Positions 55,957-64,000 of a DNA stretch of 64,000 nt are shown here, one piece after another (position 1 is the stretch's first letter; every line of letters starts with the position of its first letter). The position numbers and the translations under genes were made by a program. The notes beneath the pieces were generated by a model that did no database searches, had not been told where the DNA came from, and saw nothing but the letters and a program-made list of their open reading frames with translations. The DNA comes from Amoebidium appalachense (taxonomy: Eukaryota > Protista > Ichthyosporea). Location of the stretch: positions 1,688,407-1,752,406 of the forward strand of contig CAVNZM010000001.1 in assembly GCA_963693365.1 (NCBI GenBank), written 5' to 3'.

Positions 55957-56576
55957 TTGGTGTGTGTTTGCCTCTGCACCACTTCCCTACTGTGTGTACC
56001 TGCATCCATTTTGTGTGTGCACAAGTGCTTGCCACGGAATATAGTGTGTGAGTGAATGATTTTGGGCGTTTTTGTGAAACAGGTGTGTTTTTGGTTTCTT
56101 GTTACACACCCCCGTCTTGCACACAATCAAAGGCAAACATTTCCTGGCCTCGGAGTGTCAACAAACCATTGTGTGTAATGTTTTTTGGTGTCATACACTA
56201 GTTATTGCTTGACTTTTGTGTTTTCGCGTCTCAGGAAATGTGCCCGTTGTGTCTTTGGAGGCATAACATCATAATTTTTAATTACCTAGATTATAATTAG
56301 GTCTAAATTGTCCCCTGTAGTTGACTGTTTTCAGTTCGAATTTGCGCCGATGTTGAGTCAGCATGTAATAAATAATGAAGTCTTTCTATTGCCTTTTTCA
56401 TTAAAAAAAAAAATTGGTTCGTTTATAAGTGTGATGTAGAGCGTAGCAGGTGTAACCAATCAAACTAATGTAAAGTTGTATGGTTCTTTTTCAATTTTAG
56501 ATTGCATGTAAACCGCAGGCAGAGGTTGTGAAATCAAGAAGCCCCTCCCCCCCCCCCCCCCCCCCCCCTCAGGCCC

Positions 56577-56652
<76 letters not shown>

Positions 56653-58232
56653 GCCGCACGTAACTAAGTTAGAACTCCCCACCCCCGATCCCCTTCCCCT
56701 GCCTCTGTCGTAGCCCAACACATAACGTAAGTTGAGATACTATGTTTTGGTGCTTGATGCATGTTTATACGCTCCGCCATGATGTTTCTGTCTGCACTGA
56801 TCGTCTTTCGTTTCCTTCTGGTGTGTTTTGCGCTTAATAAAGTAGTTTGCAAAGTTTAAACATCCGATCCTCCTGTTCCCATGCTTATGTACACACAGCA
56901 TCATTGGCCCCCGGGGACCCTTGGGACCCTCCTCCCTGGCCCATGTGCCCCGGTACCCCTAACCACAACCCGGAGATGCGCAAAACACGCAAATACACCA
57001 TGGCCACCGCCACACACATTGACACGCATGCGCACGGACATTCACACATTCACACACACACCCATCTGCATCAACACTGACATCGACCATGTATCCATGC
57101 AGTTGTCTGTGCTCTTAAGACATCTAATAACCATGAAATTACGATTTGAATGCTCACCGACCTCGGCGCCCTCGGTTCGAAGGGCTCGATCGTCATGCTA
57201 ACAACACACACGTGTGCATGATTGAGCCTTGCACACCAGTCATATGTGTGGACACGGTGCATTTCGATATATGCCACGTGCACCCGTGTACCAGGCTAGC
57301 TATGTGTTTCGTGTGTGTGTGCATGTGTGGGCATGTGGGCGTGTGTGTGTGCGTGCATGTTGTATGTGCACGTGCAGTGTATGCATAATATATTCAAGTG
57401 TGGCGTCATGATGTGACGGTAGTGGACAGGTGGGCCGCAGAGGTGTACGTCTGTGTGTGTGTGTCCGCTGGGGGGGGGGGGGGGGGGGGGGAGGAGGAGG
57501 ACTAGTATTGATGTAAATAAAGCTTGCCTGCACACTGAGTGCCCTGCGAAGTTCCGGCCTCGTTTGCTACCTTTGTATGCAGCCCTCACCAGTCCCGGTT
57601 CCCATATGCATGCACAACTAACCACTCAAGAACTTCGTGTACGTGTGGATCATGCACAATTTTGTGACGTGCACGTTTCAAGCACACGAGGCAGCTCAAC
57701 CACATGCTATGACCAGTGCTGATTCTAAACAGGAGCAGAGCTTAACCTTGCCGACAACAAAGATTACATGTTTAGGACAGGTGTGGAATCTCTGGCCAGC
57801 CAGAGCTCGAGTGCATTTACTGTTGAAGTGGTGCTATAGCCATGTTCTTGTATAAAAACAGGAGATAGGCCACAGCTTGCTAAAAGTTTCTTTTCGCTTG
57901 TTCGTCGTGGCAAAGTAAACCTGAGAAGCGTTAGCAGGCAATGACTTGAATAACAAAGGCACTTCCAGTGCCGACCTGCGCAGAGTTTGGAATGCCAAAA
58001 ACCCTTCAGCGTATATACAGAGAACAGTGCAACAGGAGAAAAGCCATTCGAAATCCTTGACAGTGGGGGGGGGGGGAACCTGCAGTATAACAAGAGAGAT
58101 TCAGATTCGCTCAAAGCCATGTAGCCAGCAGTTACGATAATTAAGCGCTAATTCAAACCAGCTCCTTGCCTCCCCAACCTCTTTTAACTGGTTCTGCTCG
58201 AACACAGCCAAAAATAACGACAGATCTAAAAG

Positions 58233-58994
58233 TTAGTTCAAAACGGTGCCAAAAATCTCAAACCCAGAGCAATACATGGTATATGTGCCATATGCGTTTT
58301 CATCCGTCGCGACGATGCGAAAAAGTGAATAGCCTTCGTTTTTCGTTGAGGGCTCGATAGCCCAGCGCGCGGTGAGGTTGCCCTCACATATACTCTCATC
58401 ATTCTTGTGCTCAGACAGAATAACCCACTCACTCCCATCACACGATCCCTCCACCCGCCAATTCCTCGGGTAGAAGCGGTAAAGACCCCCGTGGCTCAAC
58501 TTGTATCCTGTCGGAACGACTCGCTTGCCTTTCAAGTCAACAAGAATCCAGTTTCCTTGCGCGTTTCCTGTGTGAAAAAAACCTCTTTGGTTGTCGACAA
58601 CAGCAGCTACCGGCTCCCCTCCCACGCTGCTTGCCACCACCTCCACCTTCCCCGCCTCGTGTGGATTTGCCCACCGTGTCGTGTGCCCATTTGTGGCCAA
58701 ATAATACAACACACCATCGTTCGTGTAAGGGTTAAGGCTAGCTGACTCTGTTGATTTCGTTGTGGTTTCGGAGGACGCGCTCCCGGCACTGTGTCGTCGT
58801 TCAATGGAACCAGCGTAAAGGCCATAAGAATCGAGAGATGTGCGCGATGTTTTATTCTTGTCGACGTCAAAGTCCAGGCGGATGACCTTTGTGGCTACGT
58901 CTTGAAAGGCAGCGAAGTTGGTGGGCTTTTTCGCCTTCTTGGGCGGGCTGAGGGCTCGTGTCATCAGCCCAAACGAAACTTTCCCACTGGCCAT
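58233..58994 (-). CDS. Stand-alone galactose-binding-like (F5/8 type C / Sad1-UNC-like) domain protein of the type embedded in HECTD1
   Basis: Clean 253-aa ORF: NDGVLYYLATNG..WANP..G.VEVVASS...WILVDL...VVPTGYKLSH...RNWRVEGSCDGSEW..LSEHKND...FRI...SGFEIFG. Confidence 0.8.
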   Translation of the reverse strand: MASGKVSFGLMTRALSPPKKAKKPTNFAAFQDVATKVIRLDFDVDKNKTSRTSLDSYGLYAGSIERRHSAGSASSETTTKSTESASLNPYTNDGVLYYLATNGHTTRWANPHEAGKVEVVASSVGGEPVAAVVDNQRGFFHTGNAQGNWILVDLKGKRVVPTGYKLSHGGLYRFYPRNWRVEGSCDGSEWVILSEHKNDESICEGNLTARWAIEPSTKNEGYSLFRIVATDENAYGTYTMYCSGFEIFGTVLN

Positions 58995-61900
58995 GGTGCA
59001 GAATAAAGAAATCGACCAAGAAAAAACGATGTATTAACAAAAGGTCAGTGTATAACAATAAGTTTTGACTGAAGCCAACTCACTAATGGAGCAAATGATA
59101 GACACTTGTTCTCGTTCTAAAAGTTTCGGAGAGTTCAAGTGCACAAAATGTGACCCAAACTGGCAGCTTTGGAAACTGCGCAAAATGGAAAACGCAGATA
59201 AGGGTGTGTGAGCTTTATATACGCCAGCCGCTGTGACGTCAAAGATCTTCGCACAGTTGAGCCGGGTCGGCAAACATCTCCCTATACTTAGAGGAGGGTA
59301 AACAGATCTTGCGGCTCAGCTTAAGCGCACGCCCCGAACTGACCAGCATTTATATAGTCGATGGTGATTTCTGTACGAGAATAGTGCGCATAAAATATAT
59401 TTTATATGTATTTAATATCAGATCACTGCATTATTTTTCTTCTTATTGGCCTGATGATCAGCACTGAAAATCGAGGAGGGACACCACCCGTCGACCATGT
59501 GCCGGCGTGGTCCATGATCATGACGTCATCAATCTGCCATGGTTCCGGCTGCAGCTGGCAGAGGGGGGCCATATGGCCCACGTGAAGCACTGTTCTTGAA
59601 TAAATGTCTTGCTTATGTTGCGAACGTTAGTTACATAGCTGCATGTAGCACGTTCACATTACTATCCCAGTTAGCAAGTTGCGATAGTTCAATCTGAGTG
59701 AGGTCGACACAGCGACTGTGACCCGTGCGTACCCGGATGACGCAAACTTTGCTGTCATCAAGTCACCGGCAAAGTTAACGTTCGTCTCTGGAGCAAGCGG
59801 GGCGGTCACGTGCCATCATTAGGCATGACTCGTCTTGACACGCATGGAAATCAAAAACTGTTGCTCATTTGAATCTTTTTTTATAGATATTTAGCTTCTT
59901 GATTTTTGGCAAAAGCTCAACTGAGGCAATCCTTGATCCGACTAGTACTAATTAGTGGCCATCGGTGGACTGCAGGCTGCCCTGCTCCACTGGCATGGCA
60001 AACGAATTCGAAATCTGTGATGTCATCAGTGATATCACATTCCCTCTTTCCCCCGTGATCAAAGTATATCATTAGATTTGGATTGGGTTATTGTCATGCC
60101 TGCAATCAGCATTCATCGTAACTCGACTATGATTGGATAGAGTGATTCAACCACGTCCAGTCCGTCACAAACATTCCTGCCAAAGTGTCCCGTGTCTCTC
60201 CAGTGCATAAAATTGATAAAAGCAAAAACAAAAAAAAAAAAAATCAGAAAAAGTTCACTGGTTTTCAATTGATAGTAAAAGGAAAGTTTATGCTCCTGTA
60301 TAGACCTATGAGAGGGTAAATATATGAGAGGTTTTTGTTGGAAAATCCCCAGATGCCAAGGGCAGCGTCCCTCTGACATTGAGTCACCAACTTAGATAAC
60401 ATTTTTAAAACAAAAATATCTATCATTCACTGACGAGTCAAGGACTGATCTAACTATACAAAGCTATTGTATAGACCTGGGAACCAACACTGTATGTACA
60501 TATCATCTGGAGTTCTGTTTTATATTTCTTTAATGAGTTACTTTTTTATAACAGCAAATATAGTCCGGGGAGAAATGGTCTTTTAGAAGAACATCGGCCA
60601 CAATCGAGTAGGAATTTCAGCATCACTTTCAACAACTATCTAGTAAGGACGTTATCTAACCCAAGGTGTACACGCCAGTGCATATGCACACACGTGCTCT
60701 CGTCGGAACACGTGTGTCGGACACTTGTCGACGAGCGCTCTCTCCAGTCCACAGCAATAAATATTGTCTAAACCCTACTAGTTATTGCACGAAAATCCTA
60801 ATTCAGATACCCCAAGTGAGCGTTGAAGTGTTCAAGCATGTCATCTGCTTGCCTGCAGATACTGATGTGTTTAATTTCTAGAGGGTCCTTCGCGATCGAA
60901 ACCTGGTTCCGTACTGAATTTGTGTATGAGAGAGAGAGAAGGGGCTGGGGGAGGGGGGAGGGGAGGGGGAATTCAAGGGGGAGGAAGAGGGGGGAGAAGA
61001 GGGGGGGCGAGGGGGGGGGGGGGGGGGGGGGGGGGGGCGGGAAGGAGGGGGGGGGGGGGGGGGGGGGCAGGCATATGGCCATATGTGTTGAAACGCGCAA
61101 TTAGGAAGCGGCTGCGGGACTGTCTGCCATATTGGTCAATCCGATCAAGCCGTTTTTTGGAGGAGGGTAATGAAAAGTGATTCAGACCTAGTTAGCCGGC
61201 GCCGCGGGATCAGCCCATTATCCAATGATATCGTGATCAATAAAGCGGGGGCAAAAAAAGCATTGATTTAGGAATGTTATAGTGACCTGATAAAAGGCCA
61301 TCTTTCGCACCACATGTTCGAAAACATAAATGTATTAACCAAAGGTTTGTATTGTTTGCAGAGCAAATTTAATTACTTTATTTTTGCAATATATAGTTTT
61401 TTAGGACTGTTATTCAGTCTGCTTTAAACTTGGCAATTGTAAAGCTGAACAGTGTATCTTTAAGTTCAAGTCAAGATCTTGTACGACGTACAGTACATGT
61501 ACGTATATACAATATCCTGCTTGTGCAGTCAGAAATTGCAGTATTATTAATGTAATAATAAATTTTTAGGCAGCTGCATTGGAGAAATATGCTGGTTTCA
61601 GTCGACAACCTACACGCAGCTCTGCCCTAGAAGCCCGGCGTGTTCCGATCAGCCTCCGACGACGCAGCCTCGACCTCGCGCTTACCTCCAACCGTCCGGC
61701 CAGGCAGTAACGTTTATGTGAAAATATGCTTTACCCTTTTCTAAGCCTTTGTCTGTTGGCTCCTTTATTTTTTACCCCTTTTGCAATAGCCATACATGGT
61801 AAGAAAAGGCTGGCAAGCGTGTTCCTCTTCTCCAATAAGCTGGGTCGTGTGCTCGTGTAGATGAAAGTCCAGATCCAGCTATGTAAACAAACAACTTCGG

Positions 61901-62259
61901 CCATGGGCTGAGCACCAGTACGTGTACCGGGGCCAGCGTTATATATGTGCATGCGTGTATGCCACTAGTACAACATAGCTTTTACACTACGTGACCGTGT
62001 ACGACACACGCCCACATGTAATATGCGTTCACAATCCAGCCTTTTAGTGTAAATGCACATGCGTGCACACTGGCAGGGACAATCATATGCAGCCTTGCTG
62101 CGTTAGCATTACACACATTCACTCTTACTTGCTTCCTCTTCGATAAGCTGACTATCTGTATCACAACACCACTAGAAACACTTACGCTACTCCTTGTGCT
62201 GCTGTTGCTTCTCGCAGTGCCAATAATACTACACGCTGGGCCTCGCATTTGGGTGTGGG

Positions 62260-62322
<63 letters not shown>

Positions 62323-62769
62323 TGTGTGTGTGTGTTGTTAAATTATATAAGTATTTGGGATGAAAGCAGAGACACAGTGGTGCAGTGTGAAAACATCACA
62401 GACACACACAACAACAAAAACACGGAACGATCGGAGCAGTGTACACAACAGACATCAATGTTTAGACACGACTGAACTGAATTTATTCTGATCTTCGAAT
62501 AAATACCTGAAAATCCTCTAAGTCCAATCCATACATGATTTCCGACCAGTCGGAAATCAGATCTATCTCTAATAGAAACCAATCACTAAGAACCAATTGC
62601 TTTCAGAGAGATCCGGTACGCGGAGACGCACACGATAGGACACAGACACTCGTTAAGGTCAACTTGTGTCATCATCAAGGAAGTTCTAACCTATGACATA
62701 CTGCAAGACTCAGACATATCACACTTAACCTTGATGATTGGTTAAAGCCCGGCAACACATGAAAACTAA

Positions 62770-64000
62770 AGTAAAGTGCCACCCAGAGGAGACGGCCGAG
62801 TAACTCACGGTAGGGCACGGTGAACGGTTGGGGGGGGCAGTCAGCCAGGGAGACGGTGGTGCCTGCAGGAATGGGGGTAGACTTGGGCTTGGCATCGGTG
62901 AGGTTGAAGTCGTGGATGATATCCATGATGTAAGACCTCTGGTGCATGTGGAGGTGATTGGGATCAGAGGGATTAAAATCAACACCGAGCATACGGTCAA
63001 ATGGACTCATACGACAGCTGGCCATCTTGCTGATGTGGGCAGCCAGGTCACTGGCAGCAGTAGAACCCCGGGTGTTGGTGATGGTGGAGTCATCGACGTA
63101 GTTACCAGCCCGAACCACATCGTTGTTGGGGAAGAACCGGAGGTAGATGCACGGGTCGGTCTTAGTACGGGTCAGGCCATGGGCAAGAAGAATGCCGTCG
63201 AGGAAGTCGTACCAAGCCTTGGAGGCTTGCTTGAGGCCGTACAGGGCTTTCTTGAGTCTCCAGACCTTGCCAAGTGTAGCCATGGTGATGAATCCCGGGG
63301 GTTGTTTCATGTAGATGGTCTCGGTGAGTGGGCTGTTGAGAAAGGCCGTAGACACGTCGAGTTGATGGATGTCATGACCTTCAAGAACGGCCAGAGCTAG
63401 GATAGCACGGAGAGCAGCCGGACGGATGACAGGGCTCTCGATCAACTCATAGTCAACACCGTATTGCTGACTGAAGCCTTGAGCAACACCACGGGCCTTG
63501 ATCTTGGTGTCACCAGCCGAGTTGAGAGTTTTCTCGGAGACAATCCACTTGAAGCCGACGATGTTAGCACCAGGGGGAGGGTCAACAAGTTCAAAGATGT
63601 CTTTGTCGACGAAGGCTTGATACTCAGCAGTGAGGGCTGACTTGACCTGGTCACCATTGGGGCCGGAACACAGTTGACGGACAAGTTTGGGTAGTTGGTC
63701 GATGTTGATGGGGGGACCGGGGGGGACTGGCAGGGTGGTGGTGGCTTGAAGTCCAACCTTGCCCTGTAGACGGGCAGAACGACGGGGTGCAGGAACCGGG
63801 GGAGGTGGAGACGGGGGGGGGGGGGAACTTGGAAGTTCGGAATTGCAGGGGGGGCAACCTCCGGGCTGGACGGGGCCGAGTGGAAGTTGTCGGGGGAGGC
63901 GGGTCGGATGGGTGTGACGTTGCCAGGGGCAGGATGAGGGTCGGCAGGCTGGACGGGCACGGGGGCAGGGGGGCCGGTGGGGGGGGTGTTGGACATTGTG
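62770..64000 (-). mobile_element. Ty1/copia LTR retrotransposon pol fragment (reverse transcriptase), 3'-truncated, runs off the window
   Basis: GFKWI...KIKARGVAQGFSQQYGVDY...HQLDVSTAFLNSPLTETIYMKQPPGF...LKKALYGLKQASKAW...YVDD...PYRELLGRLLWVA. Similarity stops at ~62775, before RNase H. Confidence 0.92.

Noticed and set aside
60430-60450. Isolated CTGACGA-GTC-AAG-GAC resembling a minimal hammerhead
   Set aside because: Followed by TGAT rather than GAAA; no helix I or III found.

Overview
Intron-rich eukaryotic DNA (GT-AG introns) saturated with (CA)n/(GA)n microsatellites and 20-60 nt G/C homopolymers; the taxon cannot be fixed from sequence alone. Most ORFs in the supplied track are simple-repeat noise. 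Genes reconstructed by hand: a 4-exon ankyrin + GATA zinc-finger gene, an intronless PL14-type polysaccharide lyase with one in-frame TGA, an orphan coiled-coil gene, a ~22 kb multi-exon SAGA subunit Spt20 homologue, a Tudor-knot gene, an F-box/LRR pseudogene, a stand-alone HECTD1-type galactose-binding-like domain gene, and a truncated Ty1/copia pol. The main discovery candidate is a dispersed non-coding element with three subfamilies and roughly 20-30 copies or fragments. Its well-preserved copies end against a poly-C tract and are variably truncated at the other end. The longest copies carry every catalytic-core motif of the hammerhead ribozyme (CUGANGA, GAAA, NUH, G10.1-C11.1 pair), with compensatory covariation between subfamilies, but in a non-canonical pseudoknotted order. 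One locus shows a 437-nt head-to-tail repeat, and another copy has spawned a 2.2 kb satellite. Ribozyme activity and mobility are inferred, not shown.
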